Made by a program: the position numbers and the translations under genes. Positions 27,501 through 39,144 of a DNA stretch of 64,000 bases are shown here, piece after piece. Source of the stretch: Tubiluchus corallicola. Lineage: Eukaryota; Animalia; Priapulida. Under the pieces are notes generated by a model. The model made no database searches. It was not told the origin of the DNA and saw nothing but the letters and a program-made list of their open reading frames with translations. The first letter of the stretch is position 1, and each line of letters starts with the position of its first letter. The DNA is taken from NCBI GenBank assembly GCA_030141605.1, contig JAQGDQ010000001.1, positions 62,001 to 126,000 of the forward strand, given 5' to 3'.

Positions 27501-30500
27501 TTTCGTATGTTAGACTTGCGTCGGCAATAATGCTGTATAAAACATGCAAATTTATACTTCAGCGATAACTTTTAAACGTAGTCATTTTGACGACAAGTCA
27601 CTTGAAACAAGTTTAGATAACTTTTCGTAAAGTTTGAAAAAATAATCAGAGCATTCGTAGTGCACACGTCACTAGCTAAGTAAAATTTAAAATTACTGTA
27701 TCTTGTCAATAAGATTAAAAATACGTTTTTGGTTAATGAGTGGTGCACCCTGGAAGGTGAGTTAGCGACAGTTTACCAATTGGTGAAAGCATTGTAATTA
27801 TTTAATAATTTTCTTTTCTAATTACATATTTCTTTCAAGCAGATAAGCGAAATGTTAGGTAATATAATTTTGCATGGAAAGTTTTTTGGGATATAGTTTA
27901 ACATGTACTTTTCTTCCTGTGATTTGCATTTGCGTAAGTGACGTCATGTAATGGTGCCGTCGTAAGAGTGTCGCGAGAAGTTTAAAATGAAAACAAACAA
28001 AAAATCCTTTCATCGCGAGTACGATATATGCATAAAATTGCTATCAAGTAATATAATTAATGCAATTTTTCTTAAACCAACTTTAGGCACCCCTTTGCTT
28101 ATGCTTTAAGTCCACGGTACGATGGTAACCTCACGATACATACTCGACAAACTGTTTGAGTTTTGTTTATTATTTATGCACTGTTTATATCGTAAGTCAG
28201 GAGAAAAGCAAACCAGTTCAATATTATTTAATTAAAAGTCGCTGCAACATTTTCTAGTTTACTAGTTTGTTGGTAGCCATTTCACATACTTTTATGCAAA
28301 AACCCGAAAATGTAGTTAGCCCACTACAGATTATTATGAACACATTGCAGTTTTAACCGCTTCGGTTGCTAGCAGGAAGTCTACCTGTACCAAGTTTGCT
28401 AATTAATAGTGCGTTCATTGTACTGTTTGTTACATATCTGCAGTACATTCTACAATTGCAACTTGAATAATTTTACACTGTTAGCACACTATCAAGTAAA
28501 TGCTAAATTATGCTGTTCAGGTTATTACGATACAGGTGCATTTTCATGATATGCGTTTCGTAATAAATGATATCGCGATGCATCGATGTATCATTATAGG
28601 CTTGCCATATAGGCAGCTCTGTTTGGATAGTGCATTATTACGATGAAATTTCAGACCTGATCTGCTGTCATGGGCAAATAGCTAAAATAGTACAAGTTGA
28701 AATTACAAAGTTCTAAGTTCAATTTCTGGTTGGTCTGCAGCACATTTTTTCAATTAATTAGACTGCGATTAATTGTTGTAAGAGTATGATGTCTCTTTTG
28801 CATGTGAATAAGTAAAATGCAAATATAAATATATATATAAATAAGTTGTGATATTTATGTATAAATGTATAATGTGTATATAGGTAAGAAAATAATGTAA
28901 TTTTATTTTTTTGGTTAATTTTCAATGCAATGCTGTCAACTTCATTTGTTTCCCCACAGTACTATTACTTGAAATAAACTAATGGTTTTTTAACTGGGCA
29001 AAATAATACAGACGACAAAATAATAACAGTAGCAATCTATTTGGTATTTGTTTCTGGTATTGGAAATCTAGTGGTAGTACCATGGTAACATCTATTATGT
29101 ATAATTAGTACTTACGAGTACCTCAAGTAGTAGTTTACTGTTATCTGTCTTTATACATTTTGGTTTAGGATGAAGCTGCAGAAAAATGTTCGATGCCATA
29201 TAGAGCCCCAGAACTTTTCCACGTTGAATATCAAACAATTGTGGATGAAAGAATAGATATTTGGGTAATCCATTATATGTATTTTTTAAAATTTCTAGGA
29301 GTGAAAACTGTTAGTGAAGTTAGGTCCTTGAGTAACCTTTGCCTAGGTTAGGAACCACTTTCCTAAGTTGTTTAGGAAAAGGGCAGATGGAGAATTATTT
29401 ACATTTCCCCTATGAGTCTGCTGATGAAAATTATACGATGTTTTAATTAGGAATTCTGACGTTTTAAATCTGTTAAGTCGAACATATAAAAATTAGTTTT
29501 CTTCTATTTAATTCTAATGTGTCTAAAACACAAATAAATGTACTGAATCTTGTTACAGTCGTTGGGTTGTTTGCTATTTGCAATGGCATTTTTCAAATCT
29601 CCGTTTGAAGAAATATATGAGAAGGGAGGTAGCATAGCTTTAGCTGCTGTTGGAGGAAAGATTAATATTCTGGAAGAACACCCGTAAGTGCTATTTTTAC
29701 ATACAGTTTGTCAGTTTAATTCTGTATAATAATTTATAAGTAGGTATTAGTTAGATTTTAAGCTACAGTGAAATTAATGAATAGTAAATTTAATGGAGGT
29801 AAATGATCTGAGAAGTATTTCCCAAACTATTTGTACATATCTAAATAATGTAGTGGCGCCTTTGGTGTGTGGTGTTGGTGTTATCTTTGTTTGTCTAGTA
29901 TAATGTGGTGCAAATACATTTATGTATTGTGGGTTCATAAGTAAGCCATTACAGCACATTATAGTGAGTTGTTGCGTGTGACCACAATTCAAAATCAGAG
30001 TTGCTTAAAAGCAGAGTCAGAAATAAATTTTACAGTTATATTTTTCATCCAAAAAGAACCATGATAGACAGTTATAACATGGCCATGTTTATTATCTACG
30101 AATGTTCACTTTGGTACACTTGATTTTGTGTCCTGGATACTAATACTGTGCAACTCAAAGTGGAGAGTTTTAACCATCTAAAAGATCTGTGTGTCATTTA
30201 CAGGTCACACAGGTGGTGGGTGTCTCTACATAAAAATTATTTTAAGCAATAAATGTGTTCTAAAATTATTTTAACATTTCACAAGTTTCTTTATAATGTT
30301 ATTGAGGAAGTAAAGTAATTCTTTACAGAAAATGCATGTTGTAGCTGTGGTTGTGGCAACATGCTTAAGATCTCTGTGCGGGCTGATTTGCAATTGTTTC
30401 TATAGTCTTTTTTCTGTGTTTCTATATACATAATGAACTCTTCTGTGTGTTAATACTTTTAATAAAGTTTGAATTTGCATTATCTTCAGATATTCCAGTT

Positions 30501-30673
30501 CATTAATCGAGCTTATCCGAGAGCTACTGAAAGTTGACCCACAAGAAAGGCCATTTATAGAGCAATTATTAGAAAGAATAAAACTGTTAGACATTCCAGA
30601 GGAAGGATCACCACCAAGTTGTTGTCCTGGTGATATAGAAGTTGAATTTAGACATCCAGAAAATAGAACGTAG
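21527..30673 (+). CDS. STK16: Serine/threonine-protein kinase 16 (MPSK1, NAK family), 326 aa
   Basis: Exons 21527-21603, 23164-23398, 24750-24892, 26729-26849, 29169-29264, 29559-29683, 30490-30673; all GT-AG and in frame (981 nt). N-terminal MGCLCGK (myristoyl/palmitoyl-type motif), LGEGGFSYVELV..YALKRI, HRDIKAANVLL, VLMDLGS, QDEAAEKCSMPYRAPELF, DERIDIWSLGC, GGSIALA. Confidence 0.95.
21800..23075. mobile_element. hAT-type MITE in STK16 intron 1
   Basis: Imperfect TIRs TAGTGTTGGGTAGTAAT ... AATTGACCCAGTACTG with agt/act-rich subterminal motifs. Confidence 0.5.
25198..26594 (+). mobile_element. Helentron/DINE-like non-autonomous element with internal ~145-bp tandem repeats
   Basis: Subterminal inverted repeat AAGATTTTGC (25199-25208) / GCAAAATCTT (26549-26558), 5' hairpin gattttgctctagcagaatc, 3' stem-loop at 26560-26584, and four units with core (g)catatcaaatgaaag(g)tct at ~25892, 26038, 26187, 26329. 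Confidence 0.65.
26975..27390 (+). mobile_element. tRNA-derived SINE-like copies (partial copy plus fuller copy; related relic at ~28670-28800)
   Basis: Pol III A box TAGCTCAAATGG (27131-27142) and B box GGTTCAAATCT (27175-27185), followed by a body (ttctta..tgtgtctg..agtcaactcc..tgagtg(c/t)attca) that is duplicated at 26975-27050. Confidence 0.55.
27422..28109 (+). mobile_element. Kolobok-like non-autonomous DNA transposon (TTAA target), copy 1
   Basis: TTAA|AGCACAAG ... CTTATGCT|TTAA. Body is colinear with 52812-53504. It appears nested in an hAT-like MITE starting TAGGGCTGTGTCGATAC at 27403. Confidence 0.75.
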
Positions 30674-30940
30674 CAATTATGCTGCGTCAGAAAAATGTAC
30701 ATACATGTATTTTATATTCCACTTTACCTATGTTACATAGTAAAGGCATGTGCATAGAAGCATTTAGTAAATTGTTTGGATAATTTATGGCTTGTTATGA
30801 TTAGATTTTCTTGATCACTTTACCAATGGTTACTTAATACAAGGCCACATATTAATTATTCCTTTATTTGTCCAGAGTATGAAAGCCTGCATTATCCTAT
30901 GAGATGTATTTTAGCCATAAATTTTTGTGTTCATGTTATA

Positions 30941-31361
30941 TAGGGTTGTCCAGAAAAAATATTCCTCTGCACGCACTAATTCGACCTAGTCGAAGCATTT
31001 CTAAGAGGGACCTTCATCACTTTTTCCCGGTTTCTCCTCTTTCCAAAATGCTAGGAATTTCCTCCAAAGAGCCACACTACGTCGAAGTACAGCTGCCGTT
31101 TTTTCTACATTTTTTCTACATGGAGTGCATCTTGGAAAGACGTATGGAAATCTCCAAAAATGGCAGTTTTTTGTCATTGCTAGAACACTTTGAATAAAAC
31201 AACGTCCTAGCAGCACTTGGAGTAGGTCTTGCAGAGAAATGTACCACTCTTTGGAAAGAGGGGAAACCATGTTACGTAATGATGTAAATCTCTTTTACAA
31301 AAGCCTCTATTGGGATAAAGGGTTACCAGCTTATTTGGGAACCTTTCTTTGGACGACCCTG
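30941..31361. mobile_element. Long degenerate palindrome, probable Tc1/mariner-type MITE just downstream of the STK16 stop
   Basis: AGGGTTGTCCAGAAAAAATATTCC versus reverse complement of the right end AGGGTCGTCCAAAGAAAGGTTCC. Internal arms also match (both strands translate to KRDLHH..PL.K). Confidence 0.65.
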
Positions 31362-34300
31362 AAAATAGCATTGTGACGGGAACACAAAGAATTTCCTTCA
31401 TAGCATATGGTGTTCTCAGAAATCTTTATTTCTGTATATACAAAAAAAATGAAAATAATAAATTTGACTGCTTTTCACTGCTTACAAATGTGTAATAATC
31501 TGATTATTATAATTTAAGATAATAAAGTAAATGTTACTCACATCGTGCGGCTATAACAACTTAATAGATCCTTGAAACGTCATACAGGTTAACAGCAAAT
31601 CAGGTAGAGACGCTATACTTGAACATTTATCAAACATTACTTAACATTTGCTGAGCCTTGTGTGAGCGTGTTTAGCGAGGCACAACCCAATTTACAACTT
31701 CACAGGTAAAATTACAGGTAAGTTCACATAGGTGCTGCCACCTACATGTTAAGGCCAGAAACTGACCTTAACAAGCATGTTGCTATACATTTTACATTTT
31801 CTATATTTTTTAACAAACAAAACAAAATGTTTGAAGGTTAGTAGAAAAATCTAAAGCCTTGGCCAATTCTTTTAGTCAAATTAGACAAAGATCTTAAAAG
31901 AACTACTGCACTTGTCTGCTTTGCTATTTTCATTACCTTCTTCATGGACTTAAGAGCCTCAGAAACCAATCACATGGCAAGTTATGTGTATTATGTTGAG
32001 AAGACCTCTTGCAGCCCGTGAGTAGTGAGGAAGGGCTGCACCTTGTTGAAAACCTACATTTTTAACACTGAGAGAATATACTGTGGTCCATACGGTGCTC
32101 TGATTTTCCATTGTTGAGAACTACGCCAATATGGCATATCTCGAGTTAAAGTGTTTTTACTCTGTTTAAATGGATCTGCCCTTGCAAACTGGTTCTTGAA
32201 TGTAAGCATTCTGGCCACATAATTAGGTTTCTTTTACAGATCTATGTAAACTAATTTTTCTGTGCCAAATGGCCTAGCTAGCCAGGAGTCACATAGCACT
32301 GACAATTGTTATGCTGCTTCTTTGCTCATTATCGAGGATGATCATGGACACATTATAACAGGTATGTCTAAAGTCTTTTTGTATTAGACGTAACTTACAC
32401 ATTTAATGTAATCTTGTCATAGTATAGTTATATTTTCTCTTTACTAAAACATAGCATTAAAACGTGGGTCTCTTATAATAGACCAGTAACCTTTATTACT
32501 AAACATGTGCTAATTACTCTTGTTTCATTGTCATTGTAAAAATGTAATTTTGCATATATTTTGATTACTTGTTCTTGTTTTCGATATAAAAGTAAAAGTA
32601 CATACGTTTAGAACATTTCTACAAATTAAACTCATTTCAGAATTTGTTTGCGTCGATAATGCAAAAGTCATTGAATGCAGGCATTCGGTTGCCCATGTTT
32701 TGCTTTCCCACAAAAATTCAAATTCTTTACATAAAGTTGAAAACATTCGAATCATCGTAATAAAATTAGGCGTTTTCGACACCGTTAAACTTCACTTGGT
32801 GAATGATCAAGCGTTTTTCTTCACAATTGATTTTTTCCTCAGATGTTATTTTTGCGCAGCTTAATTAATTAACAGCTTATGATTTCTAGTATAAAATTTT
32901 ATGGTTATGGACTTATTGTATTGTAACCTGCCTGTAAATATTTTGTTAGTACACATATTTGCAATGTTTTATGTAAATTGATCAATCGTAGGAGTGTATT
33001 TGCCATGTAAGTGCTACTATTGACCTAAAAGTCTAAAAATCACCTTTTTCTCAGACAGCATGAGAAAGAAAGGAGTAAACATTTTAATTAAACCTGTCTT
33101 GAAATTTATAGCACTTGCTGTCTTATTGCACAAAGGCTTCGTGTTAGCAGTAACCCTGTATAAAACTTGCCTTTCCAAGCACTTGTGTCTTTGAATAGGT
33201 AAGCTCACCATATGGACAGTCACTAAGATACTTCTGTGGGTTCCTTAGCTTGTCTCATCTCAGAGGATTATCCCTAATGAAAGTTTTCTGGGACTTCCAG
33301 TCCCACATATCACACAGCCATCAACCTCTGGATTAAGCTAATGCATGTACACCAAGGTACAACAGTTAGTACAGTATTATACCTGTTATGACCGGGCAAT
33401 TGTATAATTATGACAGTTTTACGACATGTAGGTCTATACGGAGAAACCTGGAAACAATTTTAAATTGTTAAAAAATTAAAGATATTTCCAATGAAATTCT
33501 TGAGTTCAGCCGAATTCTGTTTAAGAAGATGTAATTAAAAGACATCAAAGCGAATACTTTCATTCTTTGACATTTTCCTACTGTGGCAGTTTCTCTCTCT
33601 CTCTCTCCTCTCTCTCTGCATACTGCTTCATTAACTAGTAGTAGTTACTTAGTACTGTAAGTCTATTGCATATTAAGCTGATAGCCACTGCGTGGCATTT
33701 TTGTACTGTGGTTTTAAACCATTGATGCGGATCCAAACGCTTGAAGATCACGTGTATTAGTATCAAAGATTGTGTCTTTGGTGCAGGGAGCAAGGGAAAC
33801 ACTAGCCGAACTAGGACAATAGGCCTACATGGGCTAGCTTAGTAGCAAAGAATATATACCACAGAAAGTAGGGAATATACTGCGCAGTAGTTCGCGCAGT
33901 TAGTGTCGCCCTAGCGGCAATTCAGTACGGACTGTTGTTGTCAGGTACGAAACAGCGCAAGCTGTGGGTACTGTAGCAGATGAATTGATGAGACCATCAA
34001 AACCAGGCCGGTTAACAGGCGCTCATAAATTGCTCAGCAGTGAGTTGCAAAAACACAAATAAAAATATCTTTTTAAATTTCGCAAGGATGCAGCCAGGTA
34101 ATTATAATAAAATGTTAATTATAAAACAGTTTTGTAACTTTTGTTACAAGTTAAATATTTTGTTCACTAAGCAAAGACTGCAAGGCCTACATCCCTCTTT
34201 GGCGATTTATAGCAGCTGTTATATTTTTGAATATTATTTAAAGCAAGCATAAGGCATTAAGAATAATTAGTAGTTTAAATAAAAATTATTATAATCATAT

Positions 34301-36010
34301 CTCATAAAAATTAATAGGCTTATTTACAAAAGTTAAGAAAGTTTATCAAAAAGAAAGTTTGCAAATACCTGGCTCATGTAGTATTCGATTTCTGGAGAAA
34401 TATTTTTTCTAAAAAACATTCCTATTTAATATGTTCTTTTCAGGAAATATAACTTGAAGAAATATTAGGCCTGAGTTTCATGTGTAATACCTTTCATAGA
34501 AAAAAATCGATTTTTTCAGAAGAGCAAATAATTTTCCAGAACAAAACTTAATCTAAGCATCTGCATGTTTTGTTAATTCCAGTTAAAAAATGTTTAAAAA
34601 GTGTATAATCATACATTGGCCTTTGTTATGAGTTGGAGTTGGCTATAAAATGACGTTGAACACACAGAGATGCATTTACGACATTACTCCTCTTTTTTAT
34701 TATCAGTGAACAAAAAATAACTGAACGAAACATCAGAGCTGTCATCCTAAGCAGCCGACATTACTTCCCCGTCTATAACAACCAACTAACTAGGTCAAAA
34801 TCTAGTTACAGAATTCAGGCGAGAAGCCAACCTGGCGCATAAATTAGAATCTGCACGCGTGTCATTACACCTTATATATCATGTGCAGACATTACTTATA
34901 TTTAGCCTAATTTTTTAAGATTCAGATAGGCTTACATCAAAATAAATGTTCATTAAATACAGTTTGCTTACGTGTAAAAAATGTACTTGTATAAACGTAC
35001 TAATAAAACACCTGTGGCTAAATCCACTGACAAGTCTTGATAAATATTATTTATTGATGGGCTTAAATCAATTGATTTTATACAGGCCTAGGTGCCAAGG
35101 GCAATCATTTTATATAGTTAAATATATAGGTGCAGCTTCATAGAATCTAATTTTCGGTATTTGACTCAAACTTAGCTGATCTTATTTGTTTTTCTTTTGT
35201 TTTGTTTATTAATCAGACTCTTTAGTTATTATTTTACTGCATGTATTTTGCAGCTTGGTTCAGTTCCCTATTTGAAAGTTTATTTAAATTTCTGTTTGGC
35301 TAGCTTGCTTTTCATTTTATTTAATTTGTTTTTTATTATTTTTTATTTAGTATCATTGTTGTTATTTTGCATGTTTTTCTCATATTGAGTTATGCATGAA
35401 CGATATGACAGCTTGAACTTTGATCATTTTTTATTCAATTGTACCACATTATTTGGCTTTTGCTTACCATTGCTTTTTGTTTATCATTTTCCTGTATGTT
35501 TAGATATCTTTGATTGCATTTTCATCCTTCAGTTATTTAAAGTTGATTACAGAATTTTAAACAGATCAAGTTGCTAAGTAAAATATTAATAATGTAATTT
35601 CACTACTATCCATGAGTGAAATAGTTACAGTGTCATCCCAATAATCACATACATCCATTGAAGGATGGCATGACTAGTTGACCCTCTTTGTCTTTCACCA
35701 TCGTATTTCCATTGTGAAAATTAAATACATTTACTTGCCTCAGTTATATCATGAATATGGAAATAAATGCACGTTTTGAATTGAATTGAATATATGGAGC
35801 ACTGTATCATGCAATTACTTGTTGTGTGCATGCGTGTGTGTGCGAATTATTTATATACAAACCTACAATATAATATATGTGTAATTATATAGATTAATTG
35901 CAGGGCACGTAAATGGGTGCAATTTTTAATGTGCCAAATTCATTACCTCGCATTGGAGTAAAATGACCAAGAAACAAATGGCAGAACCTTCAACAAAAGG
36001 AAAAGAAGGA

Positions 36011-36170
36011 TCTCTCTCTCTCTCTGTGTGTGTGTGTTTCTGTCTCTCTCCCTCTCCTCTCTCTGTCTCTCCCTTTCTTTCTCTTTCCCTCCCTTTCACC
36101 GTTTCTCTTCCTCTCCCTCTCTCTTTCTCTCTCTCCCTTCCTCTCTTTCTCTTTTAGAGAGGGAGGGAGA
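36011..36170. repeat. CT-rich microsatellite
   Basis: Directly visible (CT)n / (GT)n tract. Confidence 0.9.
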
Positions 36171-37054
36171 GCAATCAATTAATCAATAAAAATGCATTAC
36201 TTTTTTACATAGTAGGCAGCCCATCACATAGTCAGCTAGCCTCTTTCCTTAGGAAAAACAATAAAATTTTACTTACAAGAAAACTGAAGAGGCATTTGCA
36301 AGTACATAATACAAACTTATTGCTACAATTTTTTTCCTTTTCGTGAAATGTTTTCAGTTGTTTTAAACTAATAATTACTTTTAATTGAGATGTTTTGAGT
36401 TCTTTTAAACTAATAATTGCTTTTAATTGAAATATACTTTTTTTATTAAAAACGCAAAAGTGATTTTGGCTTATCAAAATTGAGCGTATGCCAACAATAT
36501 TGGTGAACTTAAGAATATTATTATTACAGTCAATGCGTCGCAAAATTTTTTTTTACTGATTCGCCGTTTGATGCCGCCAGCATAGCCGCTAATCGCAAAA
36601 ACGAAATATGTAACACTACTCGTTCGTCACTTCCTCTTTATACACTTTGCTAGTAGGATGCATTGTACATGGGCTGCCCAAGTAGGATATATTAGAGTAG
36701 AGACAAGTCACGAATTGAGTCGTTAGAAGTACTGGCAGCATCCGACGTCTTTGTTTATTTAATAATAATAATTGAAAAAGCCAATACACGTTCAATAATT
36801 CAACAATAAAAACTGAAGTTCGGTTCGATTCGAATTCGCTTTCTGGTAGAGAATGCTCACCTCTACACGGAACAGGTGATCAGTTTCACTACCTCTTGGA
36901 CAAATAATTGTTTTCTGCTGAGTAAACGGGCTAGCAAGCTATCCATCATTATTATGAAGTTACTTTTTTCTAGTTTTAGTTTTATTATATCATAATTCTC
37001 GACAGAAATCGTCAGTGTCTTACTTTTTCGCAAATTTAGCACATGCACACTTTA

Positions 37055-37095
37055 GCGGAAGTGTCGTACTTCGGCTAGTGGCGTACTTCCGCCCT
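37055..37095. promoter_or_regulatory. Probable LARP7 core promoter with ETS-like sites in both orientations
   Basis: GCGGAAGTG (37055-37063) and ACTTCCGC (~37085-37092) lie in a locally CpG-richer patch ~280 bp upstream of the ATG. A polypyrimidine+TAG acceptor at 37240-37242 suggests a short 5' UTR intron. Confidence 0.45.
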
Positions 37096-37365
37096 ACATT
37101 GGTTATTGTTTAACGTCGAAAACACATTTTCAGGTTTTCATAAATGGAGTATGTACGGAAATTGTGTTACAAGCCACTCGCGTAGCAGTGTTTAATTTTT
37201 TGTTGGATTAGTAATTGTGTTTACCCTTTCTTTTTATTTTAGACGTAATGGGTATATAATAATGAAATAGGCTGATTGAAAAGTGGAATTTTATAATAAT
37301 TGCACATGGTCAAGTCTTAAGTTAAATGAAATGTGACTCCTAAACAATCAACTGATAAGGGCAAA

Positions 37366-39144
37366 ATGGAGGACACAGCTGATAACGATCTCGAACTTAA
37401 AAGCTCGAAAACGAAAGAAGACGATGGCGTCGATGCAATAGCTGCAGAGGTCGAGATTCAAAAGTCTAGTCTTGTTAGTAGTAAGAAGCAGCGAAATCGT
37501 AAAAGAAAATTACTGAAAGACATACGTGAGCAAATGGAGTTTTACTTTAGTGATTCTAATCTACACAGGGATAAATACTTGAATGAGAAATTAAAAGAAT
37601 CAAGCGATGGATTCATTCCTTTATCAGTTTTTGCTAAATTTAACAAGATAAGTGCTTTAACAACCGATGTTTCGGTTCTTGCAATTGCTTTACAGGCATC
37701 ATCTTTTCTGCAAGTTAATTCAGAACACAAAGTTAGACGCATTTCAGAAATAAAAGAACTCACCAATGCAGATGACTGCACTGTGTATGTAGAAAATTTA
37801 CCGAAACATGTAACCCATAATTGGGTTAAGAAGATTTTTAAGCGCTGTGGAAAGGTGACTTATGTTAGTTTGCCAAAGTACAAAAAAAGTGGTGACTTCA
37901 AAGGATTTGGATTTGTGGAATTCAGTTGTCCTGAAGCAGTAACCACAGCATGCATGGAACTGAACATGCCAAGCACTTCGAGAGATGATTCTGAATTGTA
38001 CAGTGAACATTCTACTGATGATGAAGAAGTACAAGAATACCACGAATCTCTTTTGAATCGTCGTAGTCACAGCTATCGAAACAACATGATGGGCAAAAAA
38101 CAAGATTGTAAGGATCACACAGTCAATAGCCATGAATCAGGCAATCACAAAAACCATCATAACAGTCATTCTGTGCATTATGAGAGTTCTAGTAAAGACC
38201 AAAATAAAGCAGAAATACATCATTTGCGTGGCCGCCACTATAACGACCATCGCATTCAACATATTGATGGACAGAAGTGTGACACTGACAATGAAAATAG
38301 TAAAAAAGACCAAACAGAAGCTGCAAAATTGGTTGTTTCGCCAGTTAAACGTAAAGTTGATGAAGATGGCGATACTAATCTGACAAATCCACTTTTCAAG
38401 AAACTTAAAACTGATCATGATGACAGCAATCAAACAAAAGAGCCAGAACAGGATAAAAAAACAGTGGGTATTTCTATAATGTCTAATAGTAATGACAATG
38501 TTACACTTGATTCTAAAGCCAAAAGAAAGCCAATGCGAAAAAGGCGAAGACATCGTAGAGACAATGTGGCAAGTTTGCATCCACTTCATGTAATGCCAAA
38601 AAAACAATGGTTAGAATTGAAAGCGCAGTATAAAGCAATTCAAAAGGCACATGTAGCTGCTATAAAACAGAGTTTGTTACTTAGTGATGCTTCTTCCTCA
38701 AGTATGGTGCACAAAACCTTCCCTGTTATTCAAGAAGTTAAGCCATTGAAAGAAAATCAGACACATGTGTGCAGTCAAACAATGGTACCAGGAGTTATTA
38801 TAAAGGTATTTAGTAAGGAGCCAGTAAGTAATATCAGAAAATTGAAAGATAAACTTAAGGAAACAGGGTATGTTGCTTATCTTGATTTGAAAGATGGTGA
38901 CACTGCTGGCTTCGTTCGATGTAAAAATGCAGAAAGTGCTGAGAAACTGCTGAAAGTAGAAGCGCTAAAAATGTTTGATAATGATATTTTGTCTGGAGAG
39001 GCTGAGAAAGAGTACTGGAAAAAAATTGAAGAAGATCGCAAGGAGAGATATGCAAAAAAAAGCAAAAAGCGTGGGAAAGTGAAAGTTGTAGATCAAATTG
39101 ACAAGTTGGCCCAAGAAAAAAACAAGCATATCTTCTTCGATTGA
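37366..39144 (+). CDS. LARP7: La-related protein 7 (La motif, RRM1, xRRM), single coding exon, 592 aa from the first ATG
   Basis: IREQMEFYFSDSNLHRDKYL (La motif), TVYVENLP..VSLPKYKKSGDFKGFGFVEF (RRM1), LHVMPKKQWLELKAQYK, GVIIKV..VAYLDLKDGDTAGFVRCK..EKEYWKKI (xRRM), C-terminal KHIFFD. The track ORF begins at a GTG (37333); first in-frame ATG is 37366. Confidence 0.95.
   Translation: MEDTADNDLELKSSKTKEDDGVDAIAAEVEIQKSSLVSSKKQRNRKRKLLKDIREQMEFYFSDSNLHRDKYLNEKLKESSDGFIPLSVFAKFNKISALTTDVSVLAIALQASSFLQVNSEHKVRRISEIKELTNADDCTVYVENLPKHVTHNWVKKIFKRCGKVTYVSLPKYKKSGDFKGFGFVEFSCPEAVTTACMELNMPSTSRDDSELYSEHSTDDEEVQEYHESLLNRRSHSYRNNMMGKKQDCKDHTVNSHESGNHKNHHNSHSVHYESSSKDQNKAEIHHLRGRHYNDHRIQHIDGQKCDTDNENSKKDQTEAAKLVVSPVKRKVDEDGDTNLTNPLFKKLKTDHDDSNQTKEPEQDKKTVGISIMSNSNDNVTLDSKAKRKPMRKRRRHRRDNVASLHPLHVMPKKQWLELKAQYKAIQKAHVAAIKQSLLLSDASSSSMVHKTFPVIQEVKPLKENQTHVCSQTMVPGVIIKVFSKEPVSNIRKLKDKLKETGYVAYLDLKDGDTAGFVRCKNAESAEKLLKVEALKMFDNDILSGEAEKEYWKKIEEDRKERYAKKSKKRGKVKVVDQIDKLAQEKNKHIFFD

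Noticed and set aside
31850-32860. Additional protein-coding gene between STK16 and LARP7
   Set aside because: Only short frames with no recognisable domain or consistent exon chain; possibly old TE debris.
37542-39065. Antisense ORFs overlapping LARP7
   Set aside because: Shadow ORFs of a long coding exon with no recognisable motifs.
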